From assembly GCF_009914755.1 (NCBI RefSeq), contig NC_060929.1: DNA of 64,000 nucleotides. One strand, written 5' to 3'. Both the position numbers and the translations under genes were made by a program. The notes beneath the pieces were generated by a model. It had not been told where the DNA came from, did no database searches, and saw only the letters and a program-made list of their open reading frames with translations. Of the stretch, positions 30,041-43,808 are shown piece by piece. The stretch is from the human T2T-CHM13v2.0 reference genome, Homo sapiens. The number at the start of each line of letters is the position of its first letter. Position 1 is the stretch's first letter.

Positions 30041-32820
30041 TTGGCGCTCATTGAAAATGGAGAAGATTTTAATCTGTAACCCTGTAACCCCTTTCTTTCC
30101 TAACAAACATTTTTGAAATATCTTAGAGGTAAATGATTGCATTTATATAAATTGCAGTAAAGATGAAAAATAAGAGGAAATAAAACAAAAATATATTTAG
30201 TTAATAGCTAAGTAGGAGCAAAGTGATCCAATGCATAACTCCAAGGAGACTTAGCATCTGTGCACTGAAATGCTTGTTTTAACAAGTCCAACTGTGTTTT
30301 CTAACTATGTCAATCCTCTTTCCCTTGGCTAGTGCAGAATCCAGTTTATAGAATATATCAAACTTCAGCCTTCTTGCTGAGAGGAGCTGAATGCTGCTTT
30401 AATTTCCCAGCCGGGAGCTGGTATTTCAGCATGAACCAGGCATATTTAATTGTTGTGTAAATGTTAAGATCACAATGTAGGCCATATGGCAGTTTCTCTT
30501 TACAGAAGAAGAGAGACCTTCAAATCAAACTGTTAAGTCTGAGAACCATTTGAAGTCACAGTCATTAATTTGGAGATATGGACAAGAGATTTATTTCTCT
30601 TTTCTATGTGTTTCTTCCTCCTTCCTATGCACCATAAGAGAGATGGGTCTATTTAAAGTGGAAAAAACAATGTAGGTCAATTCTATTAAACTCTAAGTGG
30701 AACTTCCACAAGTTTCTATTTCATAATGGTGGGGGAAATGCTACTTTAAAATCAATTTTCTAAGTCCATATTAGGGTCATGCTTCACTTTGGAATGAGCT
30801 GGAGAGATTCCAGATCATCAGAAATGAGTTTCCTGAGGTGAAGGAGCAGAAGTAGCTCCATATAATTTTTTTCTTTAAAACAGGTCACATTTTCCTTCAA
30901 TTTGCCATCTCCATCTCAACTTTTCTTTGACACACTACTATTCAATTTTTACAACTCAGCTCAGAAGTGAGGTGGGTACTCTTAGGGCCTTGAAGATTTT
31001 GTTTAGGCACAAGTGGGCCAATGCACATGGCTAATGCAAAGAATTGAACAATAAATCCAAAATATCTTTCTAAAATGTTATTCTCTGTGCTGGAAATACA
31101 ATTTCACATCCTCTGCGGCCTTTTCTCATTTTCACTCTTCTTATATTATTATAGACGTCTCACTTGGAAGCTGGTGGGAACTAGGTGTATTCTTAGGTAT
31201 TTCTGAGGTCCTATAGACTTAGACACTTTCGAAGCAATAAATCTCATTTGGATTTATTAAGGGTATTTCGCTTAAACATTTTTTACTGTATTCAGCCCTG
31301 AGTTATTAAAGGTATTTATATTTTGGCATCTTATTCATTTTCATGGTCCCTGAGACAAATTTCAAGATTGTTATCTGAAAAATGTAGCCAAGATCAATCA
31401 CCACCAGTTTCTGTCCTCTTCACGATTTCAGTGAAAAAAGATCTTGATTTAAAGATGTTCCTAATTGACTAATGATGGCAGGAATGTTGAATTTTGTTTT
31501 ATTTTCTAGGACCATCCATACCCCCTTGCAGAACTGGAGGAAGTAGAGGTCTACATTTACACAAAAACATGGTAACTGTGACCATGAATGATTCAGAATG
31601 ACCCAGGATTTGTTCTGCAGCACCTTATGATTATCTTATAAACAAATCATCAGATGTTTGCCATCAGTTCCTCATCTTCTCTGATAAACTTTCTTTATAG
31701 TTTGGGGAGACAAACACACACGGAAAATTTGTTTTTAAAGAACTTCAGAGTTAAGGAACTAAAAAAAAACTAAGTTTCTAAGATTCTCAGAAACTGGAAA
31801 TTAACTTTTATTTAGATAATTCTGTTTCTCATTATATAGGAAAAAGTTGACAGATATAGGAGACAAGACATGGGAGTATTATTTTGTGTCTTCTCTCAGT
31901 GGCAAATCGATAATGATAATAATGTTATCTTTACCTACTTATATGGTTTAAAAATATATACCTTATTAGAAATTATAAGTGCAAACATTATATCCTTTCT
32001 GTTCTCCAAGTTATAATAGTACATGCACAACTATGAATATTATTATGTAAAAATGATTTCAGTATTTAAGAAGTACTAGACCAAAAATTTCCAGTTTCTT
32101 GAGGCTGGAAGCATTGGAGATTGCTCTGTAGTAACAAGTATCCTGTAAACTTCAAGAAAATAAGAACTTTTAACATATTTCAAATCTTTACAATAAGAGG
32201 ATAAATGTGTACTGAATTAATAAGTCCACCACTGCATTGTAAAATGAATGCAATTAAGATTTTAAAGGCTATTTCTAAGAAGTGTCTGATGTGTTTTAGT
32301 CTTCATCTTTCTCACTCATGTCCAATCTGACTGTATTATTGTCAGCGACTATCAACTGACTTGTTAGTATTGAAAATATTAGACACATCTTTTGAGATTC
32401 TATTCATTTCTTTGGGGTACAACCACATATCCAAGCAAAGGGAACTACTTAGTGCATACCATTAAAACATTAAGATGTTGTTGTTGATGTGTTTCTCTTG
32501 TAACATATGGTATGAGGTACAAAGACAATTTTAAAATTACTTCTGGCATTTTAAATTTTCAAAGGACATCCCAATAATGTAAGTTTAATATACACTGAAA
32601 AATTGGTGATGAAACGCAATTTAAAGTGACTAAATGTTTTCTACTTTATTATTTTTTGCTGAACTGTTCTGACTGACAATTTTATTCTTCCCATGTAAGT
32701 AAATTCAGCCATGGAGAAGTGTCTCCATGGATAATAGATAGGTCAGAACAGTCATACTTAATTGAAGTATGCTTAGAATTATTAAATTCATATTATTTAG
32801 CAATAGGCTAGAAGGTATGC

Positions 32821-32854
32821 GTGTGTGTGTGTGTGTGTCTGTGTGTGTGTGTGT
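32821..32854. repeat. (TG)n microsatellite, one interruption
   Basis: GT run seen directly. Confidence 0.95.
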
Positions 32855-33654
32855 ATGTGATGTGTTTTATAATTCAATAGAAGTGGGAAGAATTCTTATT
32901 TTCTGAAATGTTATAGAGTAACATTATTGGTAACAATGTTCAGAAAATTTACCTGTTACTGTAGGAAGAGCGGTTACCTGTGAGTGAAAGTCCCAGCCCT
33001 GTCACCACCAACCTCTAGGCTCATACATTTCTCAGGCTCCTCATTCGTATAAGAGGATTAGATAATGAATAAGCTCCCTCTAATTCTAAATTTACAAAAA
33101 TGTTTATGAATAATTTAGTGTATGATAAATATATGCCTTCCATTTTACTTCTAAAGCATATGAGAAACATACCAAAAATGATAAAGATTATATATTCTTG
33201 TAGTTATTTTAATATAGCTGAGTTATGTAATACATATGGAATTACTTAGCACAATGCCTGGCACATTAAGAACTAGTTGTTTGAAGAGTTTGGATTTTAC
33301 TAAATCCTAGAGTATGATTTCTTATGTGTGTGCTCACAATTCAATTTTGTTTATAGTGAGGAAATTAGAATTTTCAAAGTTGAGGTTATCTCTAGTTTTA
33401 AAAAGCTGTCATGATTATTTATTCCACCCTTACTTCCCCACCATCAGACACACACACACATTGATATAGAGTCATTTTCATTGCTATAGGATTAAGACTA
33501 ACACATAGTCAGGAGAAATACAAATTGACAATTAGATCTCCAGTGTTGATTCACTTGACACGAGCCCTGAATCAATAATGCCCCAGTACTGTCTTTTACA
33601 CGCATCTACTGCTTTATACTACACTGGCCCTTTCGCTTATGCTAATGCCTAACA

Positions 33655-33860
33655 TCATGGCACAGACTGTGCCAGGTACTGCTCTAAGTATTTTAGAAAT
33701 ATTGGATCATTTCATCCTCTAAGCAAACCCTAGTGAGGTAGGAATTAACATTATTCCAGTTTTACAGGTTTGGAGATATTCTTGGGGAAGATCTGTGGCT
33801 TTCCCAAGGTCAAATAGCATCTCAGGGTGCAGCTGCATCACCTACACTCTTAACCAGTAT
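33655..33860 (-). mobile_element. MIR remnant
   Basis: TGTGCCAGGTACTGCTCTAAG...TCATTTCATCCTC...CCCTAGTGAGGTAGG...ATTCCAGTTTTACAG...CCCAAGGTCA. Confidence 0.65.
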
Positions 33861-35468
33861 CCTCTCATCTCCCACCACATTTCAAGGAGCTTCACAGTCC
33901 AAGGTCTGACAATTTCTACTTTATTTCACTATCCACGAAAAAAAGTGGCAGTTATTTTTTAACCACCGGAGCATGAATCATCACAAATCTCACCTACCTC
34001 CATTTCTTTTTAAATTGCTAAGTGCTTGGCCTTGAAAACACTCACAGTGATAATACTACAAATGAAATGCAGCCCTTCTTTAAAAATACTGTGAACTAGA
34101 ATAGGCAAGAAGACATTTTGGATGTTTCATGCCAAACAACCTGGCAAAAAAGAATACACCCTTCAAGAGTCCCATTCTAACGGAATCATTGGTCTGAAAG
34201 GGGCTGTAGAAAGCGTCTGTCTTAATAATCTCATTTTACACATGATGATTCTGAGCCCCTGGGTGTTACACATGTTAGGTCCTATCTACGGAAAGAAAAC
34301 TAGAACCTGGCTCTGTGGATGCTGAGCACACTGCCACATCATGCTGCCTCCTAATCCTTTTATAGTTTTGATTGTAAATATATAATTTAGTAAATTAATT
34401 TGCAATATTATAGAAAGAAAGAATCAGGCATTAAATCGTGCTTAGGTTCCCTAGACATAACTTGTAAGTTGCATGTGGTGCATAGTTTAGTAGGGAGAAT
34501 CCTGGTACCATTGCACAGTTCTAGCAATTTGGACCTTTGGACTTGAAGGGAGGGTCTAAATTTAAGAGTAAGTAAAACCTGGGCATAGAATAAAAAGCTT
34601 CTGTTATTAGCACAGGGGGAAGGCCACATGGGAAAGGAGCAAGCTAGAGACAGAGTTGAAATGAGAACACAGTGAGAAACCAGCCATCTGTCCACCAGCA
34701 ACGAAGCACACAAAGTAACCGCAGGACATCATTGCCTTCCAAATGAACCTATTCATGTAGCAGATTCCTAAGATCAGTCCTTTACTCATAAGCTGTGTTT
34801 TTGGGGGGCATTATACAATATAACCTTAAGAACATTTTAAACCTAAATACCTCACAATGATAAAAAGCCCATTATCTTTCCTATGGACATATTAACTATT
34901 CTTTAGTATAAAAATATGACTTAGAAACTGAAAGATTTTTAAATTGCTTCCAAATGTATACTTAATGCCTCACAATGTAACACTTATTATTCATACAGAA
35001 AGATGGTATTACTTCACCTTACTTTACTTTGGGCTGAGAACAGAGAATAAAAAAGGTGAGTGGAGAATGAAAGTATATTAAAAATAAAATTTTGTACCCT
35101 GGTTGCTTTCATGCAGTTGTACTTGCATACTTTGTTGAAGTGTGCCTTCTCAGAGACATTTATGTCACTTTTGTCTCCTAGACTCCACAGATACAATGGA
35201 GCATTATAATAATCCCTAAAGAAAGTAACACAACAGAATAATAGTTTGCACAACTTTATCCAAGGAACTCAAAGTACTTTATTAATGTTAGCTCATTAAT
35301 CACACCAGAGTGTGGCAAAGGATGAATACATCTGCTGAAACAGGGCAAGAGCATCTTACTCAGCAAAGTTGTAGTGAGACTCAAAAGTCAAATGGGAGGC
35401 TGGAGAGCAAATATACAGGCACAGAAAAAGAAATGATGTCAAAGGAATCTTCTTATTCTATTCAGCAC

Positions 35469-36188
35469 TGTATTAGTTCATTTAAAATGCGGTAACAAAT
35501 TACTATAGAGTAGGTGGTTTATGGACAACAGAAATGTATTCTTACAGTTCTGGAGCCTCAAAGTTCAAGATCAGGGTGCCAGCATGGTCAGGTTCTGATG
35601 AGGGCCCTCTTCTAGGTTACATACTGCCTTCTTTGTATTCTCTCATGGTAGAAAAGAAGCTGGCTGGTTCTCTGCCTGTTTATATTGGGGCATGATATGG
35701 TTTGGCTGTGTCCCCACCCAAATCTCATCTTGAATTGTAGCTCCCATAATTCCCATGTCCTGTGGGAGGGACCTGGTGGGAGAAATCATGGAGGCAGTTT
35801 TTCCTGCACTGTTCTTGTGACAGTGAATAACTGTCACGAGATCTGATGGTTTTATAAAGGGCAGTTCCCCTGCACATGCTGTCTTGCCTGCCACCATGTA
35901 AGACATTCCCCCACTTCTCCTTTGCCTTCTACCATGACTGTGAGGACTCCCCAGCCATGTGGAGCTGTGAGTCCATTAAACCTCTCTTTCTTTATAAATT
36001 ACCTAGTCTTGGGTATGTCTTAATTAGCAATGTGAGAATGGACAAATACAGGGCACTAATCCTATTCATCAGGGTTCCACCCTCATGACCTAATTACCTT
36101 CCAGAGGCCCCACCTCCAATGTCATCACATTTGAGACTACAGTTTCAACATATGAATTGTAGGGGACATAAACATTCAGTCCTTAAAA
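35469..36188 (-). mobile_element. MaLR LTR (MLT1A/B-like) interrupted by a THE1 LTR
   Basis: TGTATTAGTT...ACAACAGAAATGTATTCTTACAGTTCTGGAG...GGGGACATAAACATTCAGTCC; TSD-like AGCAC / AGTAC. Confidence 0.8.
35693..36050 (+). mobile_element. THE1 solo LTR nested in the MLT1
   Basis: TGATATGGTTTGGCTGTGTCCCCACCCAAATCTCATCTTGAATTGTAGCTCCC...AATACA; perfect TSD GGGCA. Confidence 0.93.
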
Positions 36189-37280
36189 AGTACTAAGTAA
36201 GATATTACTGAAACACTAAGTCTAATTATTTGGTTTACATTTATGACTTCTGTTAAGAATTTGTAGGGAAAACAAAATAAATAAGACACTTTTGTGTTTA
36301 AAAATTGTAAAAAAAAGACACCATTTATTAGAAGAAAAGTTTGGGATTAGTTAATTTAATTTTATAAAACTTATTCAATTAAAGGTGGCTCCAAAAGTAG
36401 ATCCAATGCTACCAATATTTACTCAGTAAAAATCATGTGTTAGTCATGATGCTGAGGGTGCAGATACAAACAGAAACATAACATGATCTTTTACAAGTCT
36501 ACAGTATAATGGGAATGTTATAGTCTCATAGTTTCCATATATCTTTTATATAAATGCTGCAAATAATCATGAAGAAACAAAAGAGATGATGAGAAAATAA
36601 GGAAAAGACTATAAATAATATATGAAAGGAAAAAAGAATCTTAAAAGTACAGCTTTAATTTGGTTTCAAATGTCTTTCACTGAAATATAGGTTATTCTTG
36701 TCATAATAATGTAGGCATATACTCATTGTGTCCATCAGAAAGCTTGAAAATGCTTCATAAAACACAATGGCCTAAGTATTATTTGATTTTCTCACTATCA
36801 CCATCTTTCATATTTTAATTTTTATTCAGCCACCGAGGTCATATCTTAGACTTTGTTATCACCAATAGCTTAACTAATTCCAAAACCTCTATACAGATCA
36901 TTTCTTCTATTTCCAGCTTACTTTATTCTACTTCTCTACCTCCAATAACTTTTCTCTCTCATATGGACCTGTAGTTCATTAACTCTACTCTTTATTCACT
37001 GTTCACTACCTTCCCACATGAAGAGTTCTTGGTCTATCACTAAGATGATCACCTTATAAATATATCATGTTCTGTGTATGCCCACTCGTTCTGTTTTCTG
37101 GACACCACACCGAGCTCATCTTTTATAAATCTTTCAACCTATCTCTCTGGTCTAGCAAAGCTGGCATCCTTTTGCTCTTGGAACTGACCACCTCTGTTTT
37201 CACTTCAGGAGATTTGCACTTGTTATTCCCCATGCTGATAACGTTTCTCCCTCAGATTGTTACATGACTAGCTTTCTCTC

Positions 37281-37568
37281 TTTTTTATTTTATTTATTTT
37301 TTGAGACAGAGTTGCACTCTGTTGCCCAGGCTGGAGTGCAATGGTACAATCTTGGCTCGTTGCAACCTCCATCTCCTCAAGGGATCCTCCCACTTCAGGC
37401 CCCCCAAGTAGTTGTATGTGCTACCACATCCAGCTACTTTCTGATTTTTTGTAGAGACAGGGTCTCACTATGTTGCTCAGGCTTGTCTTGAACTCCTGGG
37501 ATCAAGTGATCCTTTAGCCTTTGTACCCCAAAGTGCCGGGAATACAGGCATAAGCCACCACATCCAGT
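37281..37568 (-). mobile_element. Alu (AluJ-type) within an L2-like remnant
   Basis: TTGAGACAGAGTTGCACTCTGTTGCCCAGGCTGGAGTGCA...TTGTAGAGACAGGGTCTCACTATGTTGC. Confidence 0.88.
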
Positions 37569-37994
37569 GCTGTCCCTTTTCATTAAGCTTTCTGCCCAAA
37601 ATATTCTTTTATTAACTTGCTTTATTATTTTTTATGGCATCAAATATTATTTGAAATTATTTTATGTATACATTTGTTTATTGTTTATTTTATGTCCTTT
37701 CAATAGTGCATAATATCCATGAATGCTAGAATTTTATTTTATTCACTATTGCATGACACAAATTTAGAATACTATGTGGAATACAGTGTATTTTCAATAT
37801 CCATTTGTTGAAGAAAAAAAAGGAAAGAAGAAAGGAATGTAATTTATTTGCCCCATTCCTGAAATAAATGAACACTCTTAGGGATATATTGGGCTTAACA
37901 TGGAATAACAATTTTCATTTATACCATTCTAGATACAATTTCCTTGCAAATCTCCATTATCTTAATCTTACAATTGATAACTATTTTGTACAAT

Positions 37995-38198
37995 ATGCTG
38001 GGCACTAGTCAAATATGGCTATTAACATTTAATTCAATTTAAAATGATTATAATAAATAAAACCAAATACCCAGTTCCTCAGTCACACTAGCCACATTTT
38101 AAATGCTCAACTGCTATATATTGACAGTGGCTAGCTTTTTTAACCGTGTTAAATTTACAACATTTTCATCACAACAGAAAGTTCTGCTAGACATCATT
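37995..38198. mobile_element. MER3/MER33-like DNA transposon remnant
   Basis: CAGTTCCTCAGTCACACTAGCCACATTTTAAATGCTCAA...ACATTTTCATCACAACAGAAAGTTCT. Confidence 0.7.
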
Positions 38199-38799
38199 CC
38201 TACAGATTCTATTGTTTTAGATTCTAGGACTATATTATCTGATCCCTAATAAAGTGAGATTAATTTGAAATTAGAAAACAATTTAAAAGGCATAAACTCT
38301 GAATTTCTCAGAAATCATCTGGTATGTTTCATTAAGTTTAGATTGTACTTTATCATTATCATATGTATAAATTTCCTATCTTCAAATAAAGAATGAGACT
38401 AACAAAATAATATTATTCTCAAAGAATGAGAATAATATTAAAGTGAATGGGATGCTTCACTACTTTTCTAAGTTTAGAGCTGGTGACAAAGAAGAAGAAA
38501 TAAAGATTAAGAGCAGTGACAAAGAAAATATATCTATCCATTCATCCATCATTCTTCTACCCATCTACTCATTCTTTATAAATGTTCTTACTGAGTGTTG
38601 TTCACACACTGTGCTCTGGTTTTACATGTTTAAATTTGAAGAAATCATAGTGTTTAAACTCAGACAATTGATAAAGTAATATTTTAAATTTACATATGAA
38701 ATAATAATTGAAATAATTCAATAATAGGCTAAATGCTATGAAAGCATAAAGAGAAAATCAGTTTACCTAACACCAGCACAAAGAGATGAAAACACATTT

Positions 38800-39092
38800 G
38801 AATGTATGTGTCTTTATAACAGAACAATTTACATTCCTTTGAGTATATACCCAGTAATGGGATTGCTGGGTTAAACGGTATTTCTGTCTTTAGGTCTTTG
38901 AGGAATTACAACACTGTCTTCCACAGTGATTGAACTACCATACACTGACATCAACAGTGTAAAACTGTTCCTTCTTCTCCACAACCTCACCAGTATCTAT
39001 AATTTTTTGATATTTTAATAATAGCCATTCTGACTGGTTTGAGATGTTATCTCATTGTGGTTTTGATTTGCCTTTCTTTAATGATCAGTGAT
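38800..39092 (-). mobile_element. Internal L1 ORF2 3' fragment
   Basis: GTATATACCCAGTAATGGGATTGCTGGG...ATAGCCATTCTGACTGG...CTCATTGTGGTTTTGATTTGC; no polyA tail. Confidence 0.88.
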
Positions 39093-39259
39093 ATTAGCCA
39101 GGCATGGTGGTATACACCTGTAGTCCCAGCTACTTGTGAGGCTTAGGCGGGAAGATCACTTAAGCCTAGAAGGTCAAGGCTGAGGTGAGCCTGGGTGACA
39201 GAGCAAGACATGGTCTACAAAAACAAAACAAAACAAAACAAAACAAAACAAAGCAAAAA
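39093..39259 (+). mobile_element. Alu right monomer (AluJ/FRAM-like) with (AAAAC)n tail
   Basis: ATTAGCCAGGCATGGTGG...CCTGTAGTCCCAGCTAC...GCCTGGGTGACAGAGCAAGAC. Confidence 0.85.
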
Positions 39260-40584
39260 CCTCTTTAAATGTGGTCCTTTGTGAACTAGCACAGGAATAT
39301 AGGAGGACCCAGGATTGTAATATGAACTTTTTAGGTTTCTCCTTCTTCCCCTCCTTCTCTTTTTCTATTTTATTAAAAAGAGAAAGACATTTTGACTTCA
39401 AAATAAAATGTCTTCTTAATGTTCATCCTAATTTTCCTAAGTATGTCAGATATTTGGCATTGATTCATTTATAAATGACTTTATAAAGACACAGAACTCT
39501 GAGGTGAGGATAAAGTGACTAGCATCTCTCTCACACAATGAGTTAGCAAAGCTTCAGCTTGTGATTGTGTATTATTTGACATTTCTAAGTCAGCCAAGAC
39601 CTGACAAGAAAAGAAAAGATCTGACAGAGTTGTCTTACCAGCATGGACAAAATTACTTCATTTACCCTCACCTAAGAGGATAACGAATGAGGAAGGAAAA
39701 GAAAAATTAAAAAAAACTCCATAAGGAGATTAATCGTTCTTTCCTACGGCTGCCTCTTCTTCCTGCTCCTCATAAATGTAATAGAAAAAATTGAGCTAAT
39801 CAAATTGTTAATTTGATTAACTATCAACAGTTTCCTTATGCCTTCTAGAAAACCAGCATGAGGTTAAACAAATATAATATAGAAGTAGAGTAAATTGCCA
39901 ACTGCAGATTGGCAGATGTTTCAGTCCTCTTAGAGTTAACGAATAGTCACGGTGACCATGATTGCCTGTGGTTTTTTCGAATCGGTGTCTCTAAATTTAA
40001 AAATGTCAAATAATCATTATCTGCCCAAATGTATTTTGGTCATAAAAATCCTAAATACATACATTAACTCTGTAAAGTATCTGCCAGTCCCTTCACAGCT
40101 TGCGAAATGTCCATTATTAAAGCAGCATTTAACAACAGTCATGAAAAATATTTCCTTTCTCATGGGTTTGTTTCACATTATCATTCCATAAAAAGAACTT
40201 ATGGGACAGACATTTTGAAAGAAAGAAAGTTAAGAGACTGAATCAATTAGAACACTTTGGCGTGGAAAGATAAATGATTGTTAAGAGGTGAATGAGTAAA
40301 GGAGATATTAATAATAATCAAATAAATTATATTAGAAAAACAAACTTTTCTTTAAAATCAAAGTATTGGTACAAAGGTATATTATTTGACATTTTAATAT
40401 GGTTTGTTAATGGCATTTTACTTAGTGGATAATATATTTACAGTATGATTACCTTAATAGCATGGTCATATAAAACATATGAATAGATTACAAAACAGTT
40501 TAGTGAATTCCATGGAAATTAAATAAAAGGGCCATGGATAGATTTGAAGTGATATATTGGAGAATAATCATGCCCCTCTTAAGA

Positions 40585-40735
40585 GGCAGTGAGGTATTCT
40601 GGAAAGAACACAGGCTTCAAGTTCAGAAACAAACTGAGTTTGAAACCTGGGTTTCTCCCTTCTCAAGTCCATGGCCTTGGCCAGCTTGTTTAACTGCTTT
40701 GAGACTCATTTTCCTCATATTTAAAAGAGGATGAT
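40585..40735 (+). mobile_element. MIR remnant
   Basis: GGAAAGAACACAGGCTT...CTGAGTTTGAAACCTGG...CTCATTTTCCTCATATTTAAAAGAGGATGAT. Confidence 0.65.
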
Positions 40736-41934
40736 GAGATTATAAAATCTAACTCAAAGGAGGAGTTAAGCAGGAGTCCAGACACTCCTTTTGCTACAAT
40801 CAAAACCATCACTCCTTGAGCACCCCAACACTCACCACAACCCCAACACTCACTCACCACCCAACTGGCCTAAGCTATGTAGACAAATCTCCTTAAGCTC
40901 TTTATGCCCATTCACCATCACTCTCAATGGGAAGCCTAGAACTCCCAGGTAATCCACATGCCTGGATTCTAACTCCAATATGGTTGTCACCTTTTTGTAA
41001 CGTGGCTTAATATTTTTAGTAATTTCCAGGTTTCTTTATTAAATTCTTCTTTATAAAATATAACCACCCACTAAAATATAAGTTCCATAAGTATGAGTGG
41101 CATGGTACTTTTTGCTCACTGCTCTATCCCCAGGCCTTATGAATGTGTCTCACACTTATATTTGGTTCATTTCCTCATACTCTTTCTGCTACAACACTAC
41201 GTAAGACCTCTGCTAAGAAGACTGGATGAGGTGGTGCATGAGTCACATGCCTCACCAAAAAGTAAAACAAAATATCTGAAGTTAAAAAATTATACTGATC
41301 TAGAAACATACTCCTGCATTATTGTAGATATAAATCAAGTTATGCACAGAATTCAAAACTTTTGAGTTTGATCTTTCTTTAAATAAGTCTCCTTAGCTTA
41401 CTATTCTGCCCTCCATTTTGTTGGGGTTTAATGTTTGGTGAACTGATTATGTTTATTTAGTTAGATATATTAGAAGAGTGAAAAGAGCATTCCTCAGCTA
41501 ATGTCTGGTTCTTCTGCTTAACAATACTATGAACTTGTCATGCTCAACTTATACAAATACAAAACTAGTATAGTATAAAATTTGGTGTTATTGATGTCAA
41601 GATTTCATATTAGATAATGAAATAGGCAGGGATTGTATAATATGTATAGCTTATTAAATAAGTACATGTTATTAGATTTTAACTGCCTTACATTATCTTC
41701 TTTGATGTCTAAAACTGCATGTTGATATTCAAAGTAATGTAAACTTATTTTTTCTGTAAACTGCCCATAAAAGGCTTGTGCTTCTGGTACCCTTGAGGTC
41801 CACCAGTAGCCACCCCATGTCATCATAGTGAAAATATGAATGAGATTAAAAGCTCTGAATGGAAACAAAATAGTATTTTACATACTTTCTTACTCAAGTG
41901 AGTTGGGTTAAACAAATAACAATGGAAGAATATT

Positions 41935-43808
41935 ATTTTTCTCATTTTTACATGGAACATTTATCAAGAGTTAGGGCTATAAAACACACCTCAGCAAATA
42001 GAAAATAATGAGAATCATACAAGGTAAAATTTCAGATCACAATGAACTAAACTAGAAACCAACAATAGAAAGACAGATAGAAAATCCCTATATATTTATC
42101 ACACTGAAAAACCATATGGGACAAGGAAAAAGTCTCAGATAATATTAAAAAAATGAAAGAAAATTAAAATATGACACCAAATTTGTATGAGGCAGAAAAT
42201 GAAGTTCTTAGAGAGGAATTTATACTACATAGTATTAGATAAATATATTAGAATAGAAGAAAGATTGAAAAATCAGTATTCTAAGCTTCCATCTTAGCAA
42301 AATAGACTAAAGAAAGCAATTTAAGCTCAAAGCACAACGACTAAGAATACCATAAAAATTATGATAGAAATCAATAAAAATGAAAACAGGAAACAATGAA
42401 ATGCAACTGTAGCTCTTGGAAAATATATTTTTTAAGATTCTCTAGGAAGACTGACCAAGAAAAAAGAACGTAAACATTATCAACATCAAAAATGAAAGAG
42501 GGGTCATCACTATTGATCCTGGGGACCCTAAAAGAGAATGATTCAAGCAAACTACAGAGAACTCAGTGTCCATAAATTTAATTTAGATGCAGTGGAGCAA
42601 TTCCTGGAAAGTACAAACTAATAAAATTCACATAATGAGAACTATCTAACCTAAATAACTTTATATCCACAAGGAAATTGGATCAATTTGCTGAGACCAG
42701 CTCGGTCAGGGAAACCCTAACCCAGTGGAGCTAGAAGAATTAAAGACACACACACAGAAATATAGAGGTGTGATGTGGGAAATCAGAGGTCTCACAGCCT
42801 TCAGAGCTGAGAGCCCCAAACAGAGATTTACCCACATATTTATTAACAGCAAACCTGTCATTAGCATTGTTTCTATAGATATTAAATTAACTAAAAGTAT
42901 CTCTTATGGGAAACGAAGAGATGGGCTGAATTAAAGGAATACGTTGGGCTAGTTAACTGCAGCAGGGACACACCCTTAAGACACAGATCGCTCATGCTAT
43001 TGTTTGTGGCTTAAGAATGCCTTTAGGCGGTTTCCACCCTGGGCGGGCCAGGTGTTCCTTGTCCTCATTCCCATAAACCCACACACTTCCAGCTTGGGCA
43101 TTAGGGCCATTATGAACATGTTACAGTGCTGCAGAGATTTCGTTTATGGCCAATTTTGGGGCCAGTTTATGGCCAGATTTTGGGGGGCTTGCTCCCAACA
43201 TCAATTATTCTATGATCTTGCAAAAAATAAATCACCAGGCCCAAAAGTTGTCACCAGTAAATTCTACCAAATATTTAAGGAATAAATGATATCAATTCTC
43301 CACCATCTTTTCCAGAAAATGGAAGCAGAAGGAGCACTTTCAAATCCATTCTATGAAGTGAGAATCAGCCTCATACAAAAATCAGAAAGCACATTACATG
43401 AATAAAAATGCATAGAATAATATATCTCATAAAGATAGAGACAAAATCATGACCAAAATATTAGCAAATCCAATCCAATACATTTTCACATTTTGATGCA
43501 ATAAAAGTTATTTTAGGCATGCAAGGCTGGTTCAACATTTAAAATTAAAATCAATCAAAACAATTCACCACATTGACAGACTAGAGAAGAAAAAACATAG
43601 GATCACAGACTTGGCATAGAAAAACATACATTTGACAATATCCAACACTCATTCATGATTAAAGAAAAACTTTTAGAAAAGCTGTAATGAAGGATAACTT
43701 TCTCAATATGATTAAGAACATCTGAAAAAAAAAACTGTTCAATTAGCATCATACTTAATGGTGATAGGTGGATGCTTTCTCCCAAAATCAAGATTAGGGG
43801 AAAGATGT
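41935..43808 (+). mobile_element. Degenerate old L1M ORF2 fragment, interrupted by MER9
   Basis: CATGGAACATTTATCAAGA..., AAATTCTACCAAATATTTAAGGAA, GGCATGCAAGGCTGGTTCAACATT; no intact ORF. Confidence 0.8.
42689..43200 (-). mobile_element. MER9 solo LTR (ERVK / HML-3)
   Basis: Reverse complement starts TGTTGGGAGCAAGCCCCCCAAAATCTGGCCATAAACTGGCCCC and ends ...GGTCTCAGCA; 512 bp; perfect 6 bp TSD TCAATT. Confidence 0.92.

Noticed and set aside
30077-30091. TAACCCTGTAACCC as interstitial telomeric repeat
   Set aside because: Only two spaced units; a trivial 8 bp duplication.
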